DNA from: an uncultured Pseudomonadota bacterium
GTDB taxonomy: Bacteria > Pseudomonadota > Alphaproteobacteria > JACZXZ01
Direction of reading: 5' to 3'
DNA length: 64,000 nt
Assembly (NCBI GenBank): GCA_963749075.1
Contig: CAVVLJ010000017.1
Span: forward strand, 672,001-736,000
Part shown: positions 1 through 9,926 of the stretch, one piece after another
Layout of the letters: every line of letters begins with the position of its first letter
Position numbering within the stretch: position 1 is the stretch's first letter
Notes under the pieces: generated by a model
Database searches by the model: none
Seen by the model: only the letters and a program-made list of their open reading frames with translations
What the model was told of the DNA's origin: nothing
Position numbers and translations under genes: made by a program

Positions 1-2
1 AC

Positions 3-962
3 GACCTCCTGGTGCAGATCAACGACGACGCGGTGGCCGGGCTGTCGCTCGACGACGTGGTCGAGCGCCTGCGCGGGCCGATCGGCGGCGCGCTCCGCCT
101 CACGCTCGAGAGTGGTGCTGACCGCGCCCGGCGCGAGGTCTCGCTCGCCCGCGCCCTCGTGGTGCCGCCGACCGTGAGCTACGCGCGCCGCGGCGACATC
201 GCCTATTTCCGCATTACCAGCTTCAACTCGAACACGACCGCGAGCCTCGAGCGCGCGCTCAGCCAGGCCACGCGCGAGATGGGCAAGGCCATGCGCGGCG
301 TGGTCCTCGATTTGCGCGACGATCCGGGCGGCCTCCTCGACCAGGCGGTCAGCGTCTCCGAGCTCTTCCTCAAGAGCGGGCGCATCCTCACGACGAGCGG
401 GCGGCACCCCGACAGCAACCAGGTCTTCGACGCCGAGGGCCACGACATGCTGCACGGCCTGCCGCTCGCCATCCTCGTCAATCACGGCACGGCGTCCGCC
501 GCCGAGGTGGTGGCCGCGGCGCTGCAGGACGACGGCCGCGCCATCGTCGTGGGCACCGCGTCCTACGGCAAGGGCACGGTGCAGACCGTGCACGAGCTGC
601 CCAACAGCGGCGAGCTCATCATCACCTGGTCGCGCATCCATGCCCCCTCGGGCTACGTGCTCAACGAGGTGGGCGTGATCCCCAACGTGTGCACGAGCAG
701 GGTGGCGCTCGAAGGCAGCCAGGCGGTCTCCCAGGTCCTCGACACGGTCAAGAGCGGCGGCAGCGACACCTCGGCGGCGCGCTACGCGCTGCACCAGAAC
801 GGCAGCCCGAACAAGACCGAGACCCGGCTCCTGCGCGCGAGCTGCCCGGCGCGCAACGGCGAGGGCGAGGTCGACATCGACGTGGCCAAGCGGCTCGTCG
901 AGGACGGCACCCTCTTCGCCCGCGCCCTCCAGCCGCCCGGTCCCGAGGTCGCCAAGCGCTGA
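3..962 (+). CDS. ctpA: S41 family carboxyl-terminal processing protease, 5' truncated by the window edge
   Basis: End of PDZ domain, then LDLRDDPGGLL, TASAAEVVAAALQD and SYGKGTVQ motifs; the frame is open to the window start. Confidence 0.9.
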   Translation, partial: DLLVQINDDAVAGLSLDDVVERLRGPIGGALRLTLESGADRARREVSLARALVVPPTVSYARRGDIAYFRITSFNSNTTASLERALSQATREMGKAMRGVVLDLRDDPGGLLDQAVSVSELFLKSGRILTTSGRHPDSNQVFDAEGHDMLHGLPLAILVNHGTASAAEVVAAALQDDGRAIVVGTASYGKGTVQTVHELPNSGELIITWSRIHAPSGYVLNEVGVIPNVCTSRVALEGSQAVSQVLDTVKSGGSDTSAARYALHQNGSPNKTETRLLRASCPARNGEGEVDIDVAKRLVEDGTLFARALQPPGPEVAKR

Positions 963-970
963 GCGGCGAT

Positions 971-1123
971 CTCCCTCTCCTCCTTTAGGAGGAGAGGGCT
1001 GGGGTGAGGAGGCGGCACCGCAAGGCGCGCCATAGGCCGCAAAGACGTGCAATCGGCCGGCCTCCTCACCTTCCCATCGCTTCGCGATGGGCCCCTTCCT
1101 CTCCTCCTAAAGGAGGAGAGGAG
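971..1123. repeat. Palindromic intergenic repeat (CCCTCTCC...GGAGAGGG multi-hairpin, REP/CIR-like), copy 1
   Basis: Terminal hairpins ccctctcctcct-tt-aggaggagaggg (973-998) and cctctcctcct-aa-aggaggagagg (1098-1121), internal cccatcgc-ttc-gcgatggg; homologous to 5705-5850. Confidence 0.85.
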
Positions 1124-1145
1124 TGAATAGCGGCGCCGGGCAAAC

Positions 1146-1173
1146 TTGACAACGCCTCCGGGCGCGCTATGTT
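1146..1173 (+). promoter_or_regulatory. sigma70-type promoter of rpmG
   Basis: TTGACA (1146-1151), 16-nt spacer, (GC)TATGTT (1168-1173), then SD-like GAGGA before ATG 1211. Confidence 0.65.
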
Positions 1174-1210
1174 CCTCCGCGCCCGGGCTTAGCAGCGAGG
1201 AAATGCCGTC

Positions 1211-1378
1211 ATGGCCAAGCCGAACAGCGTTCTCATCAGGTTGCAGAGCACCGCCGACACCGGCTTCTTCTACGTGGCCAAGAAGAACGCGCGCAAGCAG
1301 GGCGGCAAGCTCGAGTTCAAGAAGTACGACCCGGTCGCGCGCAAGCACGTGCTCTTCAAGGAGACCAAGCTCAAGTAG
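1211..1378 (+). CDS. rpmG: 50S ribosomal protein L33 (missing from the ORF track, 55 aa)
   Basis: Manual translation [55 protein letters not shown]; STAxTG.FY and KYDP..RKHV.F.E motifs; Zn-free type. Confidence 0.97.
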   Translation: MAKPNSVLIRLQSTADTGFFYVAKKNARKQGGKLEFKKYDPVARKHVLFKETKLK

Positions 1379-1406
1379 GCGCCGCGGCCGCGCGGTACCT
1401 AGGCCG

Positions 1407-1435
1407 AGGCCGCCCGCGGGCGGCCTTTTGCTTTT
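1407..1435 (+). terminator. Rho-independent terminator after rpmG
   Basis: aggccgccc-gc-gggcggcct hairpin followed by tttgctttt. Confidence 0.75.
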
Positions 1436-1500
1436 GCGCCTCGCTGCCCTCAGAATAGGGGGCCGGCCCGGGAGGGACCGGCCGGCTCGCGAGGCGCGCC

Positions 1501-2424
1501 ATGCGCATTGGGATCGACCTCGGCGGCAGCAAGATCGCGGCCCTCGCCCTCGACGCGGCCGGCACCCCGCTCTTGAGCCGGCGCGTGCCCACTCCCGCCG
1601 GCGACTACGAGGGCACGCTCGCAGCGGTGCGCCTCCTCGTGGACGGGATCGAGCACGAACTCGCGCGCCGCGGCACCGTCGGGGTCGGCATGCCGGGCGC
1701 CTTCTCCTCCGCGACGGGCCTCGTCAAGAACGCCAACTCCACCTGGCTCATAGGCCAGCCCTTGGACCGCGATCTCGCGCGCGTCCTCGGCCGGCCGGTG
1801 CGCCTTGCCAACGACGCCGACTGCTTCGCGCTCAGCGAGGCTGTCGACGGCGCCGGGCGGGGCTCGGAGGTCGTCTTCGGCGTCATCCTCGGCACGGGCG
1901 TCGGCGGCGGCATCGTGGTGGGCCAGCGCCTCCTCAAGGGCGCCAATGCCATCGCCGGCGAATGGGGCCATAACCCACTCCCCTCGCCGCGCGACGACGA
2001 GCGGCCCGGCCCGGCCTGCTACTGCGGCCGGCGCGGCTGCGTCGAGACCTTCCTCTCGGGTCCCGGCCTCGCCCGCGATCATGCCGCTCTCACCGGCGAG
2101 CGGCTGGCGGCCGAGGAGATAGCGCTGCGGGCGGCGCAAGGCGAGCCTGCGGCCGCGGCGACGCTCGCGCGCTACGCCGAGCGCCTCGCCCGCGCGCTCG
2201 CGGTCGTCATCAACATCCTCGACCCGGAGGTCATCGTGCTCGGCGGCGGCCTCTCGCGGATCGCGAGCCTCTATAAGGAGGTGCCGCGGCACTGGTCCGC
2301 CCATGTCTTCAGCGAAGCTGTGGCGACCCGGCTCGTCCCGCCAGCGCACGGCGACGCGAGCGGCGTGCGCGGTGCCGCCTGGCTGTGGCCGCCTCAAGGG
2401 GAAGCCGCGGGAGGCGAGCGGTGA
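1501..2424 (+). CDS. ROK family sugar kinase (Mak/fructokinase-like)
   Basis: GIDLGGSK, LANDADCFALSEA, GTGVGGG, GEWGH and CYCG..GCVE Zn motif. Confidence 0.9.
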   Translation: MRIGIDLGGSKIAALALDAAGTPLLSRRVPTPAGDYEGTLAAVRLLVDGIEHELARRGTVGVGMPGAFSSATGLVKNANSTWLIGQPLDRDLARVLGRPVRLANDADCFALSEAVDGAGRGSEVVFGVILGTGVGGGIVVGQRLLKGANAIAGEWGHNPLPSPRDDERPGPACYCGRRGCVETFLSGPGLARDHAALTGERLAAEEIALRAAQGEPAAAATLARYAERLARALAVVINILDPEVIVLGGGLSRIASLYKEVPRHWSAHVFSEAVATRLVPPAHGDASGVRGAAWLWPPQGEAAGGER

Positions 2425-3704
2425 CGGCACTCTGCCGCGACTGCGCGAGCCCGCTTGCGGCCGGCGGCACGCCGCCGCGGCGCTGTCCGAACTGCGCCTC
2501 GCCGCGCCTCTTTGCCCATGACGAGCTCGACGAGCTCTCGATCGCGCATATCGACTGCGACGCCTTCTACGCGAGCGTCGAGAAGCGCGACCAGCCGCAG
2601 TTGCGCGACCAGCCGGTGATCGTCGGCGGCGGCCGGCGCGGCGTGGTCTCGGCCGCCTGCTACGTCGCGCGCATCTATGGCGTGCGCTCGGCCATGCCCA
2701 TGTTCAAGGCGCTCAAGCTCTGCCCGCAGGCGACCGTCATCCATCCCAACATGCGCAAGTACCAGGCGGTCGGGCGCGAGGTGCGCCGGCTCATGCTCGC
2801 CACCACGCCCCTCGTCGAGCCGCTCTCGATCGACGAGGCCTTCCTCGACCTCAGAGGGACAGAGCGCCTCCACCACGGCAGCCCGGCGCGCACGCTCGTG
2901 CGCCTGGCGCGGCGCATCGAGGAGGAGATCGGCATCACGGTCTCGATCGGGCTCTCCTACAACAAGTTCCTCGCCAAGGTGGCGTCCGAGCGCGACAAGC
3001 CGCGCGGCTTCTCCGCGATCGGCCGCGCCGAGGCCAAGGCCTTTCTCGCCGAGCAGCCCGTCGGCCTCATCTGGGGGGTCGGCAAGGCGCTCAGGGAGCG
3101 CCTGGCGGCCAACGGCCTCCACCGCATCGGCCAGCTGGCACTCTCGGACGAGGCCCGGCTCGTCGCGCGCTACGGCGCCATCGGCCTCAGGCTCGCCCGC
3201 TTCGCGCGCGGCGAGGACGGCCGCGCCGTCGATCCCTCGGCACCGGCCAAGAGCGTCTCGGCCGAGACCACCTTCGAGGAGGATCTCGCAACGCTCGCCT
3301 CCCTCAAGGAGGCGCTCTGGCCGCTCGCGGAGACGGTGGCGGCACGGCTCAAGCGCGCCGAGCTCGCCGGCCGCACCGTGACGCTCAAGCTCAAGACCGC
3401 CGAGTTCCGCATCCTCACGCGGAGCCGCACGCTCTCAGCGCCGACGCAGCTTGCCGAGGCGCTCTATCAGGCGGCCCTGCCGCTCCTCGCCGCGGAGGCG
3501 ACGGGACGCCGCTTCCGCCTCATCGGCATCGGCGCCGCTACCTTCTCGCCCGCCGCCGACGCCGACCCGCCGGATCTGCTCGATCCCGCGGCGGGCCGCA
3601 TCCGCGCCGTCGAGCGCGCCATCGATGCCGTGCGCGCCAAGCTCGGCAGCAACGCCATCGCCAAGGGAAGGGGGTTCAGACGACGGACGTCAGACGACGG
3701 ATGA
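2421..3704 (+). CDS. dinB: DNA polymerase IV
   Basis: HIDCDAFYASVE, SAACYVAR and SIDEAFLD motifs; N-terminal CxxC/CxxC; GTG start overlaps the ROK stop. Confidence 0.95.
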   Translation: MTALCRDCASPLAAGGTPPRRCPNCASPRLFAHDELDELSIAHIDCDAFYASVEKRDQPQLRDQPVIVGGGRRGVVSAACYVARIYGVRSAMPMFKALKLCPQATVIHPNMRKYQAVGREVRRLMLATTPLVEPLSIDEAFLDLRGTERLHHGSPARTLVRLARRIEEEIGITVSIGLSYNKFLAKVASERDKPRGFSAIGRAEAKAFLAEQPVGLIWGVGKALRERLAANGLHRIGQLALSDEARLVARYGAIGLRLARFARGEDGRAVDPSAPAKSVSAETTFEEDLATLASLKEALWPLAETVAARLKRAELAGRTVTLKLKTAEFRILTRSRTLSAPTQLAEALYQAALPLLAAEATGRRFRLIGIGAATFSPAADADPPDLLDPAAGRIRAVERAIDAVRAKLGSNAIAKGRGFRRRTSDDG

Positions 3705-3756
3705 CGGAAGAACCGAGCTTCCGATCCGTCGTCCGTCGTCCGTCGTCCGTCATCTG
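3677..3756. repeat. Inverted array of 7-bp tandem repeats between convergent genes
   Basis: cagacga/cggacgt/cagacga/cggatga/cggaaga ... (tccgtcg)x3 tccgtca tctg. Confidence 0.8.
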
Positions 3757-3760
3757 GTCT

Positions 3761-4552
3761 TCAGCATTTCGGGCGCGGCAGGGGGGCGAAGTAGCTGATC
3801 TTGCCGCTCACCGTGAAGTCCTCGTAGATCAGGCTCATGTCGACGACGACGCCGTTCTCGAGGAGACGCATGGCGAGCTCGTAATCGGGGAGTGCCGCCT
3901 TGCTGCCGATGGGGAAGAAGGCCCAGCGCATCGGCCAGCTCGGCTGGCCGAGCTTGCCCGCGAGGCCGGGCAGCTGCTCGAGCGGCACGGACTTGCTGAT
4001 CAGGATATTGACCTCGTCCGGACCGTCGGCGGTGGCGCCGTCGAAGACGGTGCGGTCGATGATGTGGGCGCCCGCGCGCGCCGCGTCGAGGACGGTGTTG
4101 ACGTGGATGGTCGGGAAGAGCGTGCCCTTGGGCAGCACCACGTCCTTGCGCGCGGGCAGGCTGAACTTCGCGACCCCGCCGCCGTTGGGCTTGACCCGGG
4201 CCTCGCCGCGGAATTCCTCGTTGACGGCGCCGTTGAGCCGGTTGCGCACGTTGAAGCGATAGCGCGAGCCGTCCTTCGCCTCCCAGCTGGTGAAATTGTT
4301 GTCGCTCACCACCTCGTCGCCCTCGTCGCGCACGAGCTTCAGGCGCAGGCGCTGCTTGGTGAGCCAGGCGTCGCAGGTCTCGCTGACCTCGATCGCCATG
4401 CCGCCGCTCGCCTCGATGATGTTGCCCTGTCCCGTATTGTGGCCGAGATGCAGCGTATAGAACGCGTGGTGGGGAATGAGCTCCACGGCGTGCCCCGGCC
4501 CCGGCAGGCACATGAAGGGCAGGGCCAATACGGCTATGAGCGGTCGCGCCAT
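3761..4552 (-). CDS. EipB/DUF1849 family cell-envelope integrity protein
   Basis: Signal peptide, L.PH.A.Y.L.L, CDAW, SWEAKDG..YRF, TLFPT.H, FDG and ENGV motifs. Confidence 0.8.
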   Translation of the reverse strand: MARPLIAVLALPFMCLPGPGHAVELIPHHAFYTLHLGHNTGQGNIIEASGGMAIEVSETCDAWLTKQRLRLKLVRDEGDEVVSDNNFTSWEAKDGSRYRFNVRNRLNGAVNEEFRGEARVKPNGGGVAKFSLPARKDVVLPKGTLFPTIHVNTVLDAARAGAHIIDRTVFDGATADGPDEVNILISKSVPLEQLPGLAGKLGQPSWPMRWAFFPIGSKAALPDYELAMRLLENGVVVDMSLIYEDFTVSGKISYFAPLPRPKC

Positions 4553-4729
4553 CGGGACTCCCAGGTTGGGGGAGAGCTTGGGGTGTGACGGGAGCCCGTC
4601 GCGGCTCCATCCGGCGGGATTATGGCATGCTTCCACGGGCAAGGGTAGAATGCGCACGAAGCCGCGACGGGGACCCCGAGCGCTGCCCGCCGCCTGCCCT
4701 CTCCACCTCGCCATCTGCGGAGATGCCCC

Positions 4730-5695
4730 GTGCCAAGCAAACCGACCATCCTCGTGACCCGCCGCCTGCCCGACAACGTGCTCGCCCGCGCCGGCCGGGA
4801 CTACGACGCCCGCATCAATCTCGACGACGCGCTCTATGACGGCGCCGAGGTCGTGCGCCGCGCCGAGGGCTGCGCCGGCCTTCTCATCTGCTCGACCGAG
4901 AAGCTTCCGGCCGAGCTCATCCGGGAGCTGCCCGCCGCCGTCAAGATCGTCGCCACCTTCTCGGTCGGCTACGAGCACATCGACCTCGAGGCGGCGCGCA
5001 AGCGCGGGCTCGTCGTCACCAACACGCCGGACGTGCTGACCAACTCGACCGCGGACATCGCCTTCCTCCTCATGCTGGGCGCCGCGCGCCGCGCCTCGGA
5101 AGGCGAGCGCCTGGTGCGCTCAGGGCAATGGAAGGCCTGGACCCCCACCTTCATGCTCGGCACGGACGTGACCGGCAAGAAGCTCGGCATCTTCGGCATG
5201 GGCCGCATCGGCCAGGCGGTCGCCCGGCGCGCGCGCGGCTTCGAGATGGAGGTCCATTACGCCAACCGCAAGCGCCTGCCGCCAGCGCTCGAGGCCGGCG
5301 CCATCTTCCATGCCGAGGCCGAGAGCATGCTGCCCGAGATCGACTTCCTCTCGATCAACTGCCCGTCCACGCCGGAGACCCTCCGTTGGCTCAACGCGAC
5401 GCGCATCGGCCGCATGAAGAAGGATGCCATCGTGGTCAACACGGCGCGCGGCAACATCGTCGACGACGCGGCGCTCATCGCAGCCCTCCGCGAGGGCCGG
5501 CTGCGCGGCGCGGGCCTCGACGTCTACGAGGGCGAGCCCAGGCTCAACCCGGGCTACCTCGCCCTCGACAACGCCTTCCTCTTGCCCCACATCGGCAGCG
5601 CCACCCTAGGCACGCGCGACGCCATGGGCTTCCGCGCCCTCGACAACCTCGACGACTACTTCGCCGGACGGCCCCCGCGCGACCGCCTCGCCTGA
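4730..5695 (+). CDS. D-2-hydroxyacid dehydrogenase (glyoxylate/hydroxypyruvate reductase type)
   Basis: VGYEHID, NTPDVLT, GIFGMGRIG, NTARG, GLDVYEGEP, PHIGSAT. Confidence 0.92.
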   Translation: MPSKPTILVTRRLPDNVLARAGRDYDARINLDDALYDGAEVVRRAEGCAGLLICSTEKLPAELIRELPAAVKIVATFSVGYEHIDLEAARKRGLVVTNTPDVLTNSTADIAFLLMLGAARRASEGERLVRSGQWKAWTPTFMLGTDVTGKKLGIFGMGRIGQAVARRARGFEMEVHYANRKRLPPALEAGAIFHAEAESMLPEIDFLSINCPSTPETLRWLNATRIGRMKKDAIVVNTARGNIVDDAALIAALREGRLRGAGLDVYEGEPRLNPGYLALDNAFLLPHIGSATLGTRDAMGFRALDNLDDYFAGRPPRDRLA

Positions 5696-5704
5696 GCTCG
5701 CTAA

Positions 5705-5850
5705 CTCCCTCTCCCGCAAGCGGGAGAGGGAGGGGCCCGCGGCCGCAAGGCCGTGGGAGGGTGAGGGACGACGCCGACATCCGGCAATCCCTCACCCTTC
5801 CCATCCCTTCGGGATGGGCCCCTTCCCTCTCCCGTAAACGGGAGAGGGAT
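5705..5850. repeat. Palindromic intergenic repeat, copy 2
   Basis: ccctctcccg-caag-cgggagaggg ... cccatccc-ttc-gggatggg ... ccctctcccg-taaa-cgggagaggg; same architecture as 971-1123. Confidence 0.85.
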
Positions 5851-5890
5851 TTAAGCGGGAGAGGGGCTTAACGTAATCGGAGCGCTCGGT

Positions 5891-6850
5891 TCAGATGCGG
5901 CCGGGGAGTGATGCGAGCTCGAGATCGCCCGCGGGGCGCCTGAGGACGGCAGAGGGCGATGCGGTGGCGCCGGGTAGCGACCAGCTCTTGCTGAGATCGT
6001 AGCTCTTGGCGAGCCTGGCGCGGGCCTTGGCGAGATCCTTGGCGCTGTAGGGGCCGCTGACCACGCGGTACATTTCCTTGCCGCCGACGGTCGTGACGGC
6101 GACTCGCGGCTTGGCCGCGGCGTAGAGGGCAAGCCCGGATTCGGCGTGCGCCCGGCTCGAGAAGCTGGCGAGCACGAGATAGGCGCCCTCGGCGCGTGCC
6201 TCGCTGGCGGGACGTGCCGCGGCACCGCGCGGCAGCGCCGGACGCGCGGCCGCGGTCATCACCGGCTTCGGTACCGGGAGCGGCAGCGGGGTCGCATGGG
6301 CGACGGCCGGCGTTGACGCCGCAACGGGCAGCACCTCGTGCTTGGGCCCGGCAAGGGGTGCGAGGGGGACGACTTGGATGTCCGGCGAGCCGCCAGCGGC
6401 AAAGGCGATCGTCGCCTGGGGCGGGCCCTTCTTGTCGAGCGTGGCGATGCTGGCGGATGCGCGGTCGGCCTTCTCGGCCTCGGCGCGGTCGACCTCCGCC
6501 ACGAGCTCCTCCTCCGAGCGCTTGCGCACGAGCGCATAGGTCGGCTCGCTCGACCGCCGGCTCACGCCCACGTAATTGTTCGCTTCCGCGTAGGCGATCG
6601 CCATGTCGTGGCGCTGCTCGGGCGTGTAGTCGCGGCAGACGTCCTTGCCGCGCAGGATGCGGAACATCGAGCAATCCCGGTCGGCCGCCTGCGAGAGTGC
6701 GAGATCGGTGACGCTCTTGTCGGTGGCGACGTAGGCGAGGCCGTCGAAGCTGTAGGAGGCGATTGACACGGCAATCGGCACGGCGCAGCCCGTCAGCATC
6801 AGCGCCGTCACCGCCAGGACGGCGGGAATTCTGTGCTTCGCAGGATTCAA
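5891..6850 (-). CDS. Lipoprotein with C-terminal SPOR domain
   Basis: Lipobox LTGC, Pro/Ala-rich linker, C-terminal YLVLASF...YRVVSGPY SPOR pattern. Confidence 0.75.
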   Translation of the reverse strand: MNPAKHRIPAVLAVTALMLTGCAVPIAVSIASYSFDGLAYVATDKSVTDLALSQAADRDCSMFRILRGKDVCRDYTPEQRHDMAIAYAEANNYVGVSRRSSEPTYALVRKRSEEELVAEVDRAEAEKADRASASIATLDKKGPPQATIAFAAGGSPDIQVVPLAPLAGPKHEVLPVAASTPAVAHATPLPLPVPKPVMTAAARPALPRGAAARPASEARAEGAYLVLASFSSRAHAESGLALYAAAKPRVAVTTVGGKEMYRVVSGPYSAKDLAKARARLAKSYDLSKSWSLPGATASPSAVLRRPAGDLELASLPGRI

Positions 6851-6940
6851 CCGCGCGCCCTCTGCCCAGATCAGCGGTCTCTACTTCCCGCGCGAATCTT
6901 AGGCTGCTATTGGCTCAATATCAACAAGTAATGTCGGCGC

Positions 6941-8746
6941 TCAACTTTCCTTCGGCCCCGCTTTCTTCGCCGGCGGCAAGTCGAGCTTGAGGTGGAGCTC
7001 GCGGAGCCGCGCCGGATCGACGGGAGCGGGCGCCCCCATCATGAGGTCCTCGGCCTGCTGGGTCATCGGGAAGGTGATGACCTCGCGCAAGTTGCGCTCG
7101 TCCGCCAGCAGCATGACGATGCGGTCGATGCCGGGCGCCGAGCCGCCGTGCGGAGGTGCGCCGAAGCGGAAGGCCGAAAGCATGCCGCCGAAGCGGCTCT
7201 CCACCTCGTGGCGCGAATAGCCAGCGATCTCGAAGGCCTTGATCATGATGTCGGGCCGGTGGTTGCGGATGGCGCCCGAGGAGAGCTCGACCCCGTTGCA
7301 CACGATATCGTACTGGTAGGCCTTGACGGTGAGCGGGTCCTGGCTCTCGAGCGCCTCGAGGCCGCCCTGGGGCATCGAGAAGGGGTTGTGGCTGAAGGCG
7401 ATCTTGCCGGTCTCCTCCTCGCGCTCGTACATCGGGAAGTCGATGATCCAGCAGAAGCGGTAGGCCTCCGGCTCGACGAGCGCCAGCTCGTCGCCGAGGC
7501 GCGTGCGCACGAGGCCGGAGAGCTTCTGCGCCGCGGCGACCATGTCGCAGACGAAGAAGAGCGCATCCCCCGCCTTGAGGGCGGCGCGCGCCATGAGCGC
7601 CTCCTGCACGGAAGCAGGGAGGAACTTGGCGATCGGCCCCTTGCCGCCGTCGGCATCGAAGACGACGTAGCCGAGCCCGGGGGCGCCCTGCTCCTTGGCC
7701 CAGCCGTTCAAGCGGTCGAACCAGCTCCGCGGGCGCCCGGCGGCACCCGGTGCCGGGATGGCGCGCACCACCGCACCCTTCCCGATCGCCGCCTTGAAGG
7801 CGCGGAACTCGACCTCGGGCTTGGCGAAGAGGTCGGTCACGTCGTGGATTTGAAGCGGGTTGCGCAGGTCGGGCTTGTCGCTGCCGTAGCGCAGCATGGC
7901 CTCGTCGAAAGCGATGCGCGGGAAGGGCGGCTCGCTCACCTTGCGGCCGCGCCCGAACTCCGCGAAAACTCCGGCGAGCACGGGCTCGAGTGCGGCGAAG
8001 ACGTCCTCTTGCGTCACGAACGACATCTCGAGGTCGAGCTGATAGAACTCGCCGGGGGCGCGGTCGGCGCGCGCATCCTCGTCGCGGAAGCAGGGTGCGA
8101 TCTGGAAATAGCGGTCGAAGCCGGCCACCATGAGGAGCTGCTTGAACTGCTGCGGCGCCTGGGGGAGCGCGTAGAAGTGGCCGGGATGGATGCGCGAGGG
8201 CACGAGATAGTCCCGTGCCCCCTCGGGCGAGCTCGCGGTGAGGATGGGCGTGTGGAGCTCGGTGAAGCCCTGCGCCACCATGCGCCGCCGGATGCTCTGG
8301 ATCACGCTCGCGCGCAGCATGATGTTGCGGTGCATGCGCTCGCGCCGCAGGTCGAGGAAGCGGTAGCGGAGGCGGATCTCCTCGTTGTCCTCGCGGTCGA
8401 CGTTGACCTGGAGCGGCAGCGCGTCTGCCGCCGAGAGGAGCCGGTAGGCGGCGACCTTGAGCTCGACCTCGCCGGTCGGCAGCGCCGGGTTGACCGTCGC
8501 GGCGCTGCGCGCCACGACCTTGCCGGTCAGGGTTACGACGCTCTCGAGCCGCGCCGCCTCGAGCTCGGCGAAGATCGGGCTCGAGACGTCCGTCACGCAT
8601 TGCGTGATGCCGTAATGGTCGCGCAGGTCGACGAAGAGGAGCTGGCCGTGGTCGCGCTTGCGATGCACCCAGCCGGAAAGCCTGGCCTCGAGGCCCACGT
8701 GCGCGGGCCTCAAGGCGCCGCAGGTATGGCTACGATAGGCGTGCAT
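6941..8746 (-). CDS. aspS: Aspartate--tRNA ligase
   Basis: [51 protein letters not shown]. Confidence 0.98.
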   Translation of the reverse strand: MHAYRSHTCGALRPAHVGLEARLSGWVHRKRDHGQLLFVDLRDHYGITQCVTDVSSPIFAELEAARLESVVTLTGKVVARSAATVNPALPTGEVELKVAAYRLLSAADALPLQVNVDREDNEEIRLRYRFLDLRRERMHRNIMLRASVIQSIRRRMVAQGFTELHTPILTASSPEGARDYLVPSRIHPGHFYALPQAPQQFKQLLMVAGFDRYFQIAPCFRDEDARADRAPGEFYQLDLEMSFVTQEDVFAALEPVLAGVFAEFGRGRKVSEPPFPRIAFDEAMLRYGSDKPDLRNPLQIHDVTDLFAKPEVEFRAFKAAIGKGAVVRAIPAPGAAGRPRSWFDRLNGWAKEQGAPGLGYVVFDADGGKGPIAKFLPASVQEALMARAALKAGDALFFVCDMVAAAQKLSGLVRTRLGDELALVEPEAYRFCWIIDFPMYEREEETGKIAFSHNPFSMPQGGLEALESQDPLTVKAYQYDIVCNGVELSSGAIRNHRPDIMIKAFEIAGYSRHEVESRFGGMLSAFRFGAPPHGGSAPGIDRIVMLLADERNLREVITFPMTQQAEDLMMGAPAPVDPARLRELHLKLDLPPAKKAGPKES

Positions 8747-9047
8747 CGGGTCCTCGCGCGCGTGCTGTCCGGAAAAAGCCGGGCGGCAAGAGCGCACGGA
8801 GGGCGCGATTTGTCAAGCTGGCGCGCTTCCGGGAGTGACGCAGTCTGAATTTCAGCATCCGACCCACAGCGGCGGTCGCGACCATGTCCGCGCTTTGTCG
8901 GATCAGCCCCACGCAACCGCGCTTCAGTGTATCGCGCGCATGGCGGTCGGGCGCGCGCCATTCCGCCGACGAGCGGAAATGTCGTTGTGTGGGGCGGCTC
9001 CGCGCGGCTCGCACATCATGGCCTGCACAGACTTATCCCATGCGCGA

Positions 9048-9926
9048 TCAGCTCTCCCGGCCGTTCCGCTTCGACCTGACCTTACGCTTGACCGGGCGGG
9101 AGGCGCGCTCGATGTCCGAGGCGGAGAGGCCGAGCGTCCGCTTCGCCTCCTTTAACAAATCAGGATCAATCGGGTGCGGCTCCAGCGGCACACCCTTGCC
9201 CAGCCGGTCCACAAGGATGCGAAACGCCGCGATCCGGCCGTAAGGCTTGTCGTTCGCCGGAATCAGATGCCACGGCGCTCGTTTTGTCGCGGTCTCCTCG
9301 ATCATGTCCTCGATCGCCGTCTCATAGTCCGACCAGCGGGCGCGATTGCGGAAATCCTCATAAGATAGTTTCCAGCGCTTCACCGGATCGGTAAGCCGGT
9401 CGCGGAAGCGGCGGACCTGCTCGTCGGACGTGATGTGCAGGAACAGCTTGACGAGGCGGATTCCCGACTCGATCAGCATGCGCTCGAAATCGTTGATTTC
9501 GCGATAGGCGCGTCGCCATTCCTTGCCGGTCGCCAAGCCTTCGACGCGCTCCACCAGCACGCGGCCATACCAGGAGCGGTCGAAGGCAACGATCTGCCCC
9601 TTCTGCGGCAAGCGTTCCCAGAAGCGCTGGAGGTAGTGCTGAGCGCGTTCGTGCGCGTCCGGCGCGGCGATCGGGTGGACCTTGAAACTGCGTGGATCGA
9701 GGGCCCAGCCAAGGCGGCGAATGACGCCGCCCTTGCCGGCGGTATCCCGCCCCTCAAGCACGAGGAGTGCGCGCTCCGAGCTCCCGAGATACGCCTGCTG
9801 GACAAGCTGAAGCACTCCCTGCAGCGACATGAGACGCCGCTCGTAGTCGGCGAAGTCCATTTTGGGGTGCTTGGTGATCTGCGCGAGCCGCGGGCGGCCC
9901 GTGACAACGAAATTCTGAGACTTCAT
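9048..9926 (-). CDS. ppk2: Polyphosphate kinase 2 family protein (single domain); start uncertain (9926 or 9944)
   Basis: Walker A EGRDTAGKGG, FDRSWYGRVLVERVEG, KLFLHI, KRWKL..ED, APW.LIPANDK. Confidence 0.9.
   Translation of the reverse strand: MKSQNFVVTGRPRLAQITKHPKMDFADYERRLMSLQGVLQLVQQAYLGSSERALLVLEGRDTAGKGGVIRRLGWALDPRSFKVHPIAAPDAHERAQHYLQRFWERLPQKGQIVAFDRSWYGRVLVERVEGLATGKEWRRAYREINDFERMLIESGIRLVKLFLHITSDEQVRRFRDRLTDPVKRWKLSYEDFRNRARWSDYETAIEDMIEETATKRAPWHLIPANDKPYGRIAAFRILVDRLGKGVPLEPHPIDPDLLKEAKRTLGLSASDIERASRPVKRKVRSKRNGRES

Noticed and set aside
2421-2520. N-terminal Zn-ribbon on DinB as a novelty
   Set aside because: A common feature of alphaproteobacterial DinB proteins
3677-3756. 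CRISPR-like array
   Set aside because: 7-bp units without unique spacers and no cas genes; no CRISPR array, tRNA or rRNA was recognised anywhere in the window
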